From the sequence record MZ311863.1: a stretch of DNA of 64,000 nucleotides. One strand, written 5' to 3'. Shown here piece after piece: positions 10,153-20,232 of the stretch. The stretch comes from Escherichia phage vB_EcoM_LNA1. Position 1 is the stretch's first letter. Each line of letters begins with the position of its first letter. Under the pieces are notes generated by a model. That model had not been told where the DNA came from. It did not search any database and saw only the letters and a list, made by a program, of their open reading frames with translations. A program made the position numbers and the translations under genes.

Positions 10153-10896
10153 ATGAGTAGTATTATCGCATTTACTGGAAAGGCACGTTCTGGAAAAGAT
10201 ACCTCATGTTCTATTGTGAAGAACATCTTAGAGGATGAATACGGCTATAATGTTGAAGTAATGGCCTTTGCAGACAACCTTAAGCTATCTGCATCAAAGA
10301 TATTTGACCTGACTTGGAATGACCTGTATGGTGAAACTAAAGAGACTTCACAGGTTTTTGACTTATCATATCCTGAACTGATGTTCAAAGTCACAGAAGC
10401 TATGGAGTTTACGTTCAAAGATGAACGTTACCATATGGATTTTAAACTTATGTCAGAACTAACCGGACGATTAATCATGGAGCTTAAGAAGGTTGCTAAA
10501 CCGACTCTATTGACACGTCTAGGGTTTAGTAAAAAGTATAAATTCTCATCAAGACAAATTCAACAGATTTGGGGCACTGAAGTAATCCGTAAAGTTATGG
10601 GTGACAAATTCTGGGCTAAAGACCTTGAAAAACGAATGGCTCGCTTCTTTGAATCTTGTTCACTTATGAATCAAGAGGGTGTTGTTTTAATCAGTGACTT
10701 AAGGTTTGACTCTGAAGCTGAGTGGTTGAGCAGATTTGCACACCAAATTATTGAAGTAAAAAGAGACAATGTGGATAAGGTTTCATCACATGTTTCAGAA
10801 AATGGAATTTCTACCAAATATGCGCGTGACATTATCCATAATAATGGTACTCTTGAAGACCTTGAAAGCAAGCTAAGAGCTATCCTGAAGATTTAA
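10153..10896 (+). CDS. deoxynucleoside monophosphate kinase
   Basis: 247 aa; N-terminal P-loop FTGKARSGKDT and C-terminus IHNNGTLEDLESKLRAILKI resemble T4 gp1 dNMP kinase. Confidence 0.65.
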   Translation: MSSIIAFTGKARSGKDTSCSIVKNILEDEYGYNVEVMAFADNLKLSASKIFDLTWNDLYGETKETSQVFDLSYPELMFKVTEAMEFTFKDERYHMDFKLMSELTGRLIMELKKVAKPTLLTRLGFSKKYKFSSRQIQQIWGTEVIRKVMGDKFWAKDLEKRMARFFESCSLMNQEGVVLISDLRFDSEAEWLSRFAHQIIEVKRDNVDKVSSHVSENGISTKYARDIIHNNGTLEDLESKLRAILKI

Positions 10897-10904
10897 AAGA
10901 GAGA

Positions 10905-11105
10905 ATGAAGATGAGAGTAAAAGACAATTTTAAAGTTATTGACCACCGTTTAGTGGAACTCTCATCTCTTTCCAATGAGGTAATGATTGAACGTCTTAAG
11001 AGAGTTGAATCACGAAGGAAAGAGATTGCAGATGAAATTCATGAACTGGACAAGATTGAAAATGGATTGAAGGCAGAACTACAACGAAGAGGTGCTAATG
11101 TCTAA
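10905..11105 (+). CDS. hypothetical coiled-coil protein
   Basis: 66-aa ORF. Confidence 0.3.
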   Translation: MKMRVKDNFKVIDHRLVELSSLSNEVMIERLKRVESRRKEIADEIHELDKIENGLKAELQRRGANV

Positions 11106-13083
11106 AGGTCGTAAATTGAAAGAGGCTGGTCAGTTTATTGGTCATTGTGCATGTCCACGTTGTGGTTCATCAGATGCTGGTTCAATCTACCACCATGACG
11201 ATGATTCTTATTCGATGACTTGCTTTAGCTGTAACAAAGGTTTCCCAGAGTGGGATTTTGATAAAGGACAAATCGTGAGCACTTATTCTACTGGTTCAGA
11301 TAATAAAAACCGTACTTTCCGTGGGATGGATTTAGATGATGTAAAAGAAAACCTAGAAGCAATGGACTTGAAAGACAGGAAGATTCCTGCAAAAGTTCTT
11401 GAACGCTTAGGTATCAAGGTTGACATTGATAGTGATGGTGAAATTGATGCACATTTCTATCCAACTTACAAACGTAATGAAGATGGCAAGCTAGAACATG
11501 TTGGCTACCGTGTTCGTCACCGTTACCCAGAAGACCATCCAAAAGAACACCTACGTGGTAAGCTAAAAGACTTTTCAGGTGGTGTTGGAGATATTAAAGG
11601 TGAACTGGCAATGTTCGGTTCATGGATTGCTCCAGAAGGTGGTAACCGTCTATTCATCTGGGAAGGTGAGATGGAATGCGCTACAGCAATCTACATGACT
11701 TCTCTGGCAATTAAAGATAAGTCTCGTCGTAAGAATTACTGTCACGTATCTGTTCCATCAGGTGCAAACATTAAGTCTATCAAAGACAACTATCAGTACA
11801 TCACATCATTTGATGAGATTTACTTGTGCTTTGATAACGATGAAGCAGGTGCTAAAGCTACCAAAGAGGCTGCTGGTATCCTTCCTATTGAGAAGGTTCG
11901 CTTATTCCAGTACCCAGAGGGTGTAAAAGACCTTAACGAATGGTGGACAAAGTTCTATAAAGAGAAAGATACAGTTCTGGAAGGATTTAAGCAGCGTATC
12001 TACAACGCACCTCGTTACTGTCCTGCTGGTATCAAGAACTTTGCAGATGGTTTTGAGGCAATGAAGAATCGTGGTCAGATTCCATTGATTCCTTTCCCAG
12101 AATCTTTCGGAGACTTGAACAGGCTAACTTACGGTGGTTACGGTTTAGGTGAGATTACGACTATTGCAGCACCATCTTCAGTAGGTAAGTCAGCTTACAC
12201 CCGTGAGATGATTTATTCAGCTTGGAAAGAAACTGATTATAATATCGGTGTAATTCCTGTAGAAGATACCTATGAAGAGTTGATGGAGATGCTCTGTGCA
12301 ATCCACCTAAGCAAGCAGATTTCCGAGATTCCTTATGATGAACGAGATTGGGATGAATTAAAGGGAGCACACGCCGAGCTTTCAAAAGGTCGTCGCATTC
12401 ATATCGTTGACCATCAAGGGGCAATTGACCAAGATAACCTGCTGGAGTTTGTTGACTATCTTGTTAATAGTTTAGACTGTAAGATTATCATTCTTGACCC
12501 TATTACGTTGGCTCTGTCACGTTCAGATACGGATGAAGAGGAAGTTTTATCTGAGCTATTGCGTCGTTGCAAACGCTACCAGTATGCACAGGTGAACGTC
12601 TGTCACGTTCGTAAGAGTGCAGGTGGTCAGAAGGCTAACTCCGAAGGTGGAGATATCTCTGAAGAGGATATTAAAGGTTCTGGTGCGTATTTCCAGATTT
12701 CTATGAACAACATTCTGTTAATGCGTAACAAGGTTGACCCAGACCCTGTTAAGAAAAACTTGACAAAAATCAAGTTAACTAAATGCCGTCGTCACGGTAA
12801 GTCAACAGGTATTGCTGGTCATACTTGGTACAATCCAGATACAGGGCGTCTCATTAAAGCCTCTGGTTGTGGAGTTGACATTGATGGTGCAGCAGAAAAT
12901 ATTCGCCAACAGTTTGGTATTGGTGAAGCTGAAGACCATTACGATGACTCTTTGCCACATTATGAGGATGAAGTGTTTGACCGTGAGACTGGTGAAGTCT
13001 ATACTGAAGAGCAGCGTCAAAGCTCAACGATTCCACCTGTATTAAGTGAGGATGCAGATGACTGCCCGTTCGAAACTGAGTGA
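11092..13083 (+). CDS. primase-helicase (T7 gp4-like)
   Basis: 663 aa; N-terminal zinc-binding CPRCGS...CFSCNK, central TOPRIM-like region, C-terminal Walker A IAAPSSVGKSAYT. Confidence 0.7.
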   Translation: MLMSKGRKLKEAGQFIGHCACPRCGSSDAGSIYHHDDDSYSMTCFSCNKGFPEWDFDKGQIVSTYSTGSDNKNRTFRGMDLDDVKENLEAMDLKDRKIPAKVLERLGIKVDIDSDGEIDAHFYPTYKRNEDGKLEHVGYRVRHRYPEDHPKEHLRGKLKDFSGGVGDIKGELAMFGSWIAPEGGNRLFIWEGEMECATAIYMTSLAIKDKSRRKNYCHVSVPSGANIKSIKDNYQYITSFDEIYLCFDNDEAGAKATKEAAGILPIEKVRLFQYPEGVKDLNEWWTKFYKEKDTVLEGFKQRIYNAPRYCPAGIKNFADGFEAMKNRGQIPLIPFPESFGDLNRLTYGGYGLGEITTIAAPSSVGKSAYTREMIYSAWKETDYNIGVIPVEDTYEELMEMLCAIHLSKQISEIPYDERDWDELKGAHAELSKGRRIHIVDHQGAIDQDNLLEFVDYLVNSLDCKIIILDPITLALSRSDTDEEEVLSELLRRCKRYQYAQVNVCHVRKSAGGQKANSEGGDISEEDIKGSGAYFQISMNNILLMRNKVDPDPVKKNLTKIKLTKCRRHGKSTGIAGHTWYNPDTGRLIKASGCGVDIDGAAENIRQQFGIGEAEDHYDDSLPHYEDEVFDRETGEVYTEEQRQSSTIPPVLSEDADDCPFETE

Positions 13084-13339
13084 TAGCTATAAAAGAGAGG
13101 GGTTCACACCCTTATTTGAAGAAAAAAGTTTAAATAAATTTCATGAAGAGTGTTTGACAAAGATTGATAGGTTCTATAGAATGCTCCACATGAAATGCGA
13201 TGGAGAAGTTGAAATAGAACAGCAGTTCCATCAAAGTATGATTACAGTCATCATTACACTGCCTCAGCATAATATTGGTTGGCTGTTTATAATGAAAGAA
13301 AATGTGTTTGAATATCAAGTATATCGGAGAATATCATGA
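13046..13339 (+). CDS. hypothetical protein
   Basis: 97-aa ORF overlapping end of primase-helicase. Confidence 0.25.
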   Translation: MRMQMTARSKLSDSYKREGFTPLFEEKSLNKFHEECLTKIDRFYRMLHMKCDGEVEIEQQFHQSMITVIITLPQHNIGWLFIMKENVFEYQVYRRIS

Positions 13340-13492
13340 AACACTCTAAAGCATTTGAAAAAGTTTTTGGGGATTCCTTAAAAGCCACTGCTGGTAAACC
13401 AGCAAAATACTATGAAGAGAAGCGTGTAAGAACTGGAAAAACTGCACGTAAAGCAGCTTCTAAAGATAAGCACAACTTCCAGTAATTAATGT

Positions 13493-13521
13493 TTGACAAT
13501 AGAGTATCAACAAATTAGAAT
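13493..13521 (+). promoter_or_regulatory. sigma70-like promoter
   Basis: TTGACA-17 nt-TAGAAT upstream of 13558 gene. Confidence 0.5.
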
Positions 13522-13557
13522 TGGTACTCTTCATAAATTGAGATAGAGGTTTAAATA

Positions 13558-14415
13558 ATGTCTAAAGTTGTCAAAATGAAAGCTCCGGTAGAGAAGTACA
13601 ATGGTACTGAACGTCAAACTCTGCGTTACCTTCTGAAAGATGTTTGGTTCTATTACCTGAACACTTCACCACGTCCGGGAAAAGGTAAATCCATCGATAA
13701 GAAATTCCCAGGCAAAGACTGTAACTACAGTGTTTCAATTCTGGCAGAAGATGGTAACAAGCTGTTTAAAGAGTTTACTAAGTCTAAGAAAAACCCAGAA
13801 GGTTGGGATAAAGTTACCACTGAAGCAGTTGATGCAGATGACTTCGAAGAGAAGTTTGGTTGCAAACCACCATTTGAAGCAGACACTTACTACATCTTGA
13901 AAGTAAGTCGTGCAGCAGCTTATAAAGATGGTGCTGTGTGGACAGCTAAACAGTCATTCCCTGTAATGCTGATTGAAGAAGTAAACGGTAAGCGTGTAGC
14001 TGTTAAACAGCCGATGAAGAAAATCAAAGCTCAAGCATCTGACAAACATGAAGATGACAAAAACTATGATGTAATTCATCCAGATATTGCAGTTGGTAAC
14101 GGTTCTTTTGGTAGTGTGATTCTTTCTACTCACTTCTACACTTTTGAGAACAATGTTCTGACAAAACCTATTCAGGAACAGTTTATCATTGATACTCTTG
14201 TACCTTACACTGGTGGTAACGGTGCTAACGGTGAACCTGAACTGGATGAAGACGAACTGGCTATGCTTGGTCTTGATGGCGTTGAAGATAATGGTGAAAT
14301 CACTGAAGAAGACGCAAAAGACCACAAACCTTCGAATGATTCTGATGATGGTGACGATGAAGACTTGCCAGACCCAGATGACGAAGAAGATGAAGACTTC
14401 GATACAGAAGACTAA
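13558..14415 (+). CDS. single-stranded DNA-binding protein (T7 gp2.5-like), putative
   Basis: 285 aa; highly acidic C-terminal tail DDGDDEDLPDPDDEEDEDFDTED. Confidence 0.45.
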   Translation: MSKVVKMKAPVEKYNGTERQTLRYLLKDVWFYYLNTSPRPGKGKSIDKKFPGKDCNYSVSILAEDGNKLFKEFTKSKKNPEGWDKVTTEAVDADDFEEKFGCKPPFEADTYYILKVSRAAAYKDGAVWTAKQSFPVMLIEEVNGKRVAVKQPMKKIKAQASDKHEDDKNYDVIHPDIAVGNGSFGSVILSTHFYTFENNVLTKPIQEQFIIDTLVPYTGGNGANGEPELDEDELAMLGLDGVEDNGEITEEDAKDHKPSNDSDDGDDEDLPDPDDEEDEDFDTED

Positions 14416-14433
14416 TCTCTAAAAGTTACTTTA

Positions 14434-14461
14434 AAGCCCTGTACTTAGTATGGGGCTTTTT
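14434..14461 (+). terminator. putative intrinsic terminator
   Basis: agccc...ggggct hairpin followed by ttttt. Confidence 0.4.
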
Positions 14462-14477
14462 CATATGGAGAGTCACA

Positions 14478-15518
14478 ATGGAGAAGTACACGCTAACAAA
14501 ACTTCCCGATTCAGTTACACATGTCTTTATTGACTCTGATAGTATTGCCTATAAAGGTGCTTGTGTAGTTGAGAAAGCAAAATATAAGTATGTCAATAAA
14601 CTCACAGCAGAAGAATCTGAACCATTTGATAATGCAAAAGATGCGGCAAGATGGTTAGCAGACCAGAGAATCCTTGTGGAAGAACTTGGCCTGACATTTA
14701 ATGAAGATGAATGGGAAAGACAGACTTGGAAAGAAGCTAAGAGTGAAAAAGAAGCTATCATGGCTACTCAGCAGGTTCTTCAGGAATGGCTTAAGGTTGT
14801 TGGTAAAGAAAGAACTTGGGTAGGTTATTTAACAGAGAAGGGTGTACACAAACATAAAGACGTTAAAGGTCTTGAGCACCAATATCAAGGTAACCGTAAA
14901 GATGCTGTCACACCAACACACTTAGTTGCTTGTCGTGAATATCTTCTATCAAGACCAGAGTTCAAACTCTTAAAGGGAGGCTTCGAAGCCGATTCCATCG
15001 TAATTGCTAAAGCTGAAAAGATGGGTAAGAAGGCTGCTCTTATGAGTATTGACAAAGACCTTCGACAAGCTGAAGGGACTTATTGTATTGATATGACTTA
15101 TGAAAAGTCACCACTAATTTTTATTGCTGACAATAATGTTGGTGATATCTGGGATTGCCCTATCAAATCAAAACCAAAAGCTGCAAAAACAGTTGGTGTA
15201 GGTTTTAAATTTTTGTGTTATCAGGCTGTTGCTGGAGATAATGCAGACAACTACTTCGGCCTTAAAGGTGCTGGCAAAGTAGCTGTGATGAATGCTTTAG
15301 ATGGTAAAGAGACCTATAAAGAGTGTCTTGACGCTATCTATGAACTCTATGCTAAAAAAGAGTCTTACACCTATGTGTCATGGGATGGACAGACTGTCAC
15401 AAAGACACCATTAGAACTAATGGAACAGCATTTCTGGATAGCATATCAAGAGAGAAATCCAAAAGATAATTTCTCTTTTAAGAAATATAATTGGGAGCCG
15501 TGTATGAATGAAGATTAA
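14478..15518 (+). CDS. flap endonuclease / 5'-3' exonuclease (RNase H-like)
   Basis: 346 aa; HVFIDSDSIAYKG (PIN-like motif) and GLKGAGKVAVMNAL (H3TH-like) resemble T5 D15 / T4 RNase H. Confidence 0.55.
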   Translation: MEKYTLTKLPDSVTHVFIDSDSIAYKGACVVEKAKYKYVNKLTAEESEPFDNAKDAARWLADQRILVEELGLTFNEDEWERQTWKEAKSEKEAIMATQQVLQEWLKVVGKERTWVGYLTEKGVHKHKDVKGLEHQYQGNRKDAVTPTHLVACREYLLSRPEFKLLKGGFEADSIVIAKAEKMGKKAALMSIDKDLRQAEGTYCIDMTYEKSPLIFIADNNVGDIWDCPIKSKPKAAKTVGVGFKFLCYQAVAGDNADNYFGLKGAGKVAVMNALDGKETYKECLDAIYELYAKKESYTYVSWDGQTVTKTPLELMEQHFWIAYQERNPKDNFSFKKYNWEPCMNED

Positions 15519-16005
15519 AGGATTTGGCAATTGTCCCACCTATGGTCATTGGGTATCTTTATGTGGGGAAGTTGACCCCACTAAACATTTTGGTTTTGTC
15601 TATTTAGTACACTGTAAGAAGACCGGACAATATTATATTGGAAAGAAACAGCTTAATAGTGTGACCAAAAGAAAAGTTGCTGGTAAGACTCGGAAGAAGG
15701 TAGTCACTAAGGAGAGTGATTGGATGACTTATGAGACATCTTCTGAGTATATCAAAAAAGATATCGAGAACTTTGGAAAAGAATTTTTTGACTTTTACAT
15801 TATCCAAACCTACTACACAAAAGGTGGTCTAGTTTATGGCGAAGCAAACCTTCAACATAAATTCGATGTAATGACAAAAAGAATTGACTCAAAGCTCAGA
15901 CTCTTCTACAATGCCAATATTGCAGCAATTAAGTTTATCACTAAAGAAACTTATGAAGATGCTGAAAAAAGAATCCATAAGGTAATGAAAGCAAATTGTG
16001 CTTGA
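15508..16005 (+). CDS. GIY-YIG endonuclease-like protein
   Basis: 165 aa; FGFVYLVHCKKTGQYYIGKK matches GIY...YIG motif spacing. Confidence 0.45.
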   Translation: MKIKGFGNCPTYGHWVSLCGEVDPTKHFGFVYLVHCKKTGQYYIGKKQLNSVTKRKVAGKTRKKVVTKESDWMTYETSSEYIKKDIENFGKEFFDFYIIQTYYTKGGLVYGEANLQHKFDVMTKRIDSKLRLFYNANIAAIKFITKETYEDAEKRIHKVMKANCA

Positions 16006-16011
16006 TAACTA

Positions 16012-16275
16012 TTGAGAGAGAATAAAATGTTTAACAAAAGTAAAGCTGTGAGTCATGTAGCAAAGGTTGACAGCAAGATTGAAGAACTTGAGCGCACTCT
16101 TGCAAATGCCAGAGAGTCAATAATTAAAGAAGTTGAAGCTGTTGAATCTCAAATGCAGCACCTAATGCTTAAACGTCAAGAGTTACGTGAGCATCTGGAA
16201 TATATTGAAACACGAGAGCTAAAGGTTAACAGATATTTTAAGGAGTCCAAATGTTTAACTCAAGAGAATCAGTAA
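16012..16275 (+). CDS. hypothetical coiled-coil protein
   Basis: 87-aa ORF. Confidence 0.3.
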   Translation: MRENKMFNKSKAVSHVAKVDSKIEELERTLANARESIIKEVEAVESQMQHLMLKRQELREHLEYIETRELKVNRYFKESKCLTQENQ

Positions 16276-17006
16276 AAAACTGGAATCTTCGTTGTGGAAA
16301 CACTCAAAAGCAACCCTACAGCAATGAGTATTGGGAATCTTTGAAATCTCAATCTCTATGTATGCTTGAAGAAGCAAAAGAGCTTGTAAAAGCAATTGAA
16401 GAGAAAGACCCTATTGAGACACTGGATGCTCAGGCAGATTTGCAATATGTTCTTGACGGTCTGATTTATCTGTCACAGCATGACCACAATGGCGCTATGG
16501 AAGCCGTTTGCCATAATAATGACCTGAAGTACACAGACGACTATGAAGAAGCTTTAAAACGTCTTGCAGACATTGAAAAGCGTACTGGTCAAGAGTGTAT
16601 TATCAGAATGTCAGTAGTTGATGGTAAAGAGTGGTATGCTATTGTTCGTGCAGACGATGGGAAGATTATGAAGCAATCAAATCTCCCTAAAGTACAGCTT
16701 GGTGAATACATTGTAGAACTTGAAAGCCAAGAACTTTTTGTGGTAGTATCTGAGACATGCGTTATCTGCAAAGGTATTGTAGGTAGCTTAAAGGATTTGG
16801 GTGTAGATGGTTTTGTAGAAGTTAATCCAATTACCTCTAAAGCAGATAAAGACTTCTGTAAAGAGAACGGACTATGGATTGCAGATATTGTCTACTATGA
16901 TGGTGAGCAGTTCCATGTAACCTCATACCCGAAACTGAATTATGATGCTAATAACCTGAAGTGCTGGTTAAAAGGGGTTGGTTATAATGGATTCACAGAA
17001 CATTAA
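16251..17006 (+). CDS. hypothetical protein
   Basis: 251-aa ORF. Confidence 0.35.
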   Translation: MFNSRESVKNWNLRCGNTQKQPYSNEYWESLKSQSLCMLEEAKELVKAIEEKDPIETLDAQADLQYVLDGLIYLSQHDHNGAMEAVCHNNDLKYTDDYEEALKRLADIEKRTGQECIIRMSVVDGKEWYAIVRADDGKIMKQSNLPKVQLGEYIVELESQELFVVVSETCVICKGIVGSLKDLGVDGFVEVNPITSKADKDFCKENGLWIADIVYYDGEQFHVTSYPKLNYDANNLKCWLKGVGYNGFTEH

Positions 17007-17310
17007 TAAAGAGGGTGTGGCTCAGAAGAGCCACTTCTCAAACTACAATATTTCTATGACGGTGTTTATGAATGACCCGTTACTAGAAAAATATGGTGAG
17101 ACTCCAGATACACTTCTGGACAATGAACAAGTTTTAAAAGCAGTCCTGTACAAATACGGTATTGATATTGAGAAAGAGTATTCTTTTGAAATCTGCCAAC
17201 ACAGAAACACTTTTGGTAAAGTTGTGATGGCTCCACTCTTTATGGGCGTAGAAAGGACTGACTATGGCTGGTTGTATCTGAAAAGAAACTTGGAGAAATA
17301 CCGTGTCTAA
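16978..17310 (+). CDS. hypothetical protein
   Basis: 110-aa ORF. Confidence 0.3.
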   Translation: MVIMDSQNINKEGVAQKSHFSNYNISMTVFMNDPLLEKYGETPDTLLDNEQVLKAVLYKYGIDIEKEYSFEICQHRNTFGKVVMAPLFMGVERTDYGWLYLKRNLEKYRV

Positions 17311-17638
17311 AGCAAAAAAGCTATCTTATGATGACATTATCTCAGGTGCTAAGTTAGGTGTTGATAGTATCGGACAAGATGTTAAGCACGGAGACACAGT
17401 CATGTACTGTGATGACCGAAGAGGTAGAAGTGCAATCTTGTTTGGAAGAATTGTTTGCAAGATGAGAGGTAATTACGTTGTTGCAGACATGGATGTGAAC
17501 GTTACACAAAAACTTGAAACAATTATGGATGCTAGCGCACCATCATGGTTCCTAAATTGTATGCACACCTCGTCAGTCACAAAAGTAAGTGATAAGTTTT
17601 ACGATATGTGGCAGAATGAGCAAATTTTCAAGATTTAA
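17303..17638 (+). CDS. hypothetical protein
   Basis: 111-aa ORF. Confidence 0.3.
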   Translation: MSKAKKLSYDDIISGAKLGVDSIGQDVKHGDTVMYCDDRRGRSAILFGRIVCKMRGNYVVADMDVNVTQKLETIMDASAPSWFLNCMHTSSVTKVSDKFYDMWQNEQIFKI

Positions 17639-17643
17639 ACTAT

Positions 17644-17667
17644 GGAGCCTCTTCGGAGGCTCTTTTC
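17644..17667 (+). terminator. intrinsic terminator
   Basis: ggagcctcTTCGgaggctc hairpin plus tttt. Confidence 0.55.
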
Positions 17668-17684
17668 ATCTGTAGGATTCAAAA

Positions 17685-19919
17685 ATGATTAAGACAATTA
17701 AAAAATCAAACGGCACAGTAGTAAGCTTTGACCCAGAAAGACTGAATAAGTGGGCATCATGGGCAGATAAACGTGGGATTATCTGGTCAGAAGTCACTAT
17801 GGAAGCCATGAAACGTGTCTATGAGGGTTGCACTACAAAAGAGATGCACCAAGCCATGATTGATGTTTGTGTTGATAAACAAACTCAAGAGTACTCAGAT
17901 ATGGCTGGACGACTGCTTTTGGGTATTATCTACAAAGAAGCCTTTGGAGGCTTTACTAAGGTTCCTACGCTGGTTACCTTCGTTAAAAATATGGAGAGAG
18001 CAGGACTTTGGGAGAAGATGGATTATTCACAGGAAGAGCTTGAATACCTGCAAGGTTACATCGTACACTCAAAAGATATCTCTTACGGTTATGCAGTCTT
18101 GAAACAGTTCAGAGACAAGTATGGTATCCGTGATATTAAAACGGGAAGACTTTTTGAGTCACCACAATTTATGTTTATGGGTATGGCTATGAAAGCTTTT
18201 GAGAAGCAACCAAAGCACCGTAGACTGCAAGATGTTATCAAGCTGTACACTTATCTATCTGACCTGAAGATTAATGCTCCCACACCTTATTTAAACGGTT
18301 TAAGAGCTACTAAATCAGGTTATGCGTCATGCTGTTTGATTAAGGCGAATGATACTGCTGAATCTCTAGGTATTGCTGCAAAGGTTGCCTATGACATGAC
18401 CACAAAGCAAGCTGGTATTGGGATGCTGATGGAGACTCGCACTATTGGTGATGGCATCCGTCAAAATACTATTGAACACATGGGTAAGCTGCCTTATTAT
18501 AAGCTTGTACGTTCATCTGTAGAGGCAAACAAACAGAAGAGTCGTGGTGGTTCAGCTAATAACTTCTACACTGCTCTAGACCCGCAGATTGAAGATTTAC
18601 TGCGTTTGAAGCACCCTACAACGGTTCCTTCTAAACGTATTAATGAGATGGACTACTCATTCGGCACAAACGATTATTTCTGGCAGTGTGTTCAGTATGA
18701 TACAGATTGGTTGCTATTCTCTTACAAAGATGCACCAAAACTCTATGACATGTTCTACACAGCATCTGCTGATGAGTTTGCTATGGCAGTTGGTCACGCA
18801 GTACATACAGGAGTTAAGCACAGACGAGTAAAGGCTCGTGAAATTGCTAAGCTGTTTATTCAACAGCGTTATGCTACAGGTCGTGTGTATCCATTCTTCA
18901 CTAACAATGCAAACACACATACACCATTTAAAGAACCATTGAAGATGTCAAATCTTTGTATGGAAATTGTATTGCCAGTGTATGGTTTTGAGAAAGAGAC
19001 AGACCTTTACAGAGACGATGCTGTGAAAGAGGATGGTGAGGTGGCTCTTTGCTTCCTAGCTAGTTTGGTTGCAGGGAGAATTTCAGAAGATGAATACGCT
19101 GACGTTGCTTATTATGCTCTTGCAATGGTTGACTCCGTTATTGACCTTATGGATTATCCGTATCCGTCGATGCGTAACCATGTTCAGAAGCGTCGTTCTG
19201 TTGGGATTGGCCTTACAAATGTGGCTCATTACCTTGCGAAGAACTACGTGAACTACTCTTCACGAGCAGGTAAAACGAAACTTCATGAACTTGCAGAGAT
19301 GCACTCTTACTATCTGCATGAAGCCTCTCTGAGACTTGCTAAAGAGCGTGGCGTTCCAGAGTACATGAAGTTCACTAAGTATCCTGAAGGCTGGGTTCCT
19401 CCAAAGACAGCTAACAAGAAGATTGATGAAAAGCATGATGCAAAACTACGATATGATTGGGATGACTTAGCACAACGTATCAAAGAAAATGGTGGAATCC
19501 GAAACTCTGTATTAGAAGCTTACATGCCTAATGAGAGTTCTTCACTAGCAACTAATACGACAAACGGCTTGTACCCAATTCGTGACTTTATTTTAACTAA
19601 AAAGTCTGCAACCGGTAACGTACTGTTTATTGTTCCAGATTATGAAGAACTGAAGTATGTCTATGAAATTGCTTGGGATATTGACACCTTTGATATGATT
19701 GATTGTTATGCAATTGTTCAAAAGTTCACTGGTCAGGCTATCTCTTCAGACTTCTATGTTGACTATGCAAAGTCTAAGAAGGTATCATTGGCTCAAGCTT
19801 TGAAGTACATGATTTATGCCAACTCGGTAGGTATGAAAACCATGTACTACCTTAACAGTCGCATTGGTGTAGGTAAATCTGCACTGCAAGATGCTTATTG
19901 CGAGGGTTGTGGTGTTTAG
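17685..19919 (+). CDS. nrdA: ribonucleotide reductase class Ia alpha subunit
   Basis: 744 aa; N-terminal ATP-cone-like region, C-terminal CEGCGV cysteine pair. Confidence 0.8.
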   Translation: MIKTIKKSNGTVVSFDPERLNKWASWADKRGIIWSEVTMEAMKRVYEGCTTKEMHQAMIDVCVDKQTQEYSDMAGRLLLGIIYKEAFGGFTKVPTLVTFVKNMERAGLWEKMDYSQEELEYLQGYIVHSKDISYGYAVLKQFRDKYGIRDIKTGRLFESPQFMFMGMAMKAFEKQPKHRRLQDVIKLYTYLSDLKINAPTPYLNGLRATKSGYASCCLIKANDTAESLGIAAKVAYDMTTKQAGIGMLMETRTIGDGIRQNTIEHMGKLPYYKLVRSSVEANKQKSRGGSANNFYTALDPQIEDLLRLKHPTTVPSKRINEMDYSFGTNDYFWQCVQYDTDWLLFSYKDAPKLYDMFYTASADEFAMAVGHAVHTGVKHRRVKAREIAKLFIQQRYATGRVYPFFTNNANTHTPFKEPLKMSNLCMEIVLPVYGFEKETDLYRDDAVKEDGEVALCFLASLVAGRISEDEYADVAYYALAMVDSVIDLMDYPYPSMRNHVQKRRSVGIGLTNVAHYLAKNYVNYSSRAGKTKLHELAEMHSYYLHEASLRLAKERGVPEYMKFTKYPEGWVPPKTANKKIDEKHDAKLRYDWDDLAQRIKENGGIRNSVLEAYMPNESSSLATNTTNGLYPIRDFILTKKSATGNVLFIVPDYEELKYVYEIAWDIDTFDMIDCYAIVQKFTGQAISSDFYVDYAKSKKVSLAQALKYMIYANSVGMKTMYYLNSRIGVGKSALQDAYCEGCGV

Positions 19920-19974
19920 TTTTAATAACTATGAGGGTCGTAAAAGACCCTCTAAAAATAACTTTGGAGAGACC

Positions 19975-20232
19975 ATGAAAGATTTAATAGAAAAACATGA
20001 GCGACCTATATACTTGCTCCACAAGCCTCGGAAAACGATGTACTATGTGAGTAGCACAGACATGATGATAAAACAAAAGGATGACTCATGGGTTGCTGGT
20101 ATATCTTACATCTCTACAGCAGATGGTAAAATCTACGCAAGACCTTATGAGATGTTCAATGAAGAAAATTGGGAAGTTTTAGACAGAAAACAAGCCTTAG
20201 AAATGATAAAGAAAGGAGAAATCACACTATGA
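19975..20232 (+). CDS. hypothetical protein
   Basis: internal ATG of ORF 19891-20232 chosen so it does not overlap nrdA; 85 aa. Confidence 0.3.
   Translation: MKDLIEKHERPIYLLHKPRKTMYYVSSTDMMIKQKDDSWVAGISYISTADGKIYARPYEMFNEENWEVLDRKQALEMIKKGEITL

Noticed and set aside
12161-13045. ORFs antisense to or overlapping the primase-helicase gene (12161-12424, 12802-13020, 12812-13045, 12854-13036)
   Set aside because: All lie inside the 663-aa primase-helicase ORF, which has clear motifs; no supporting signals
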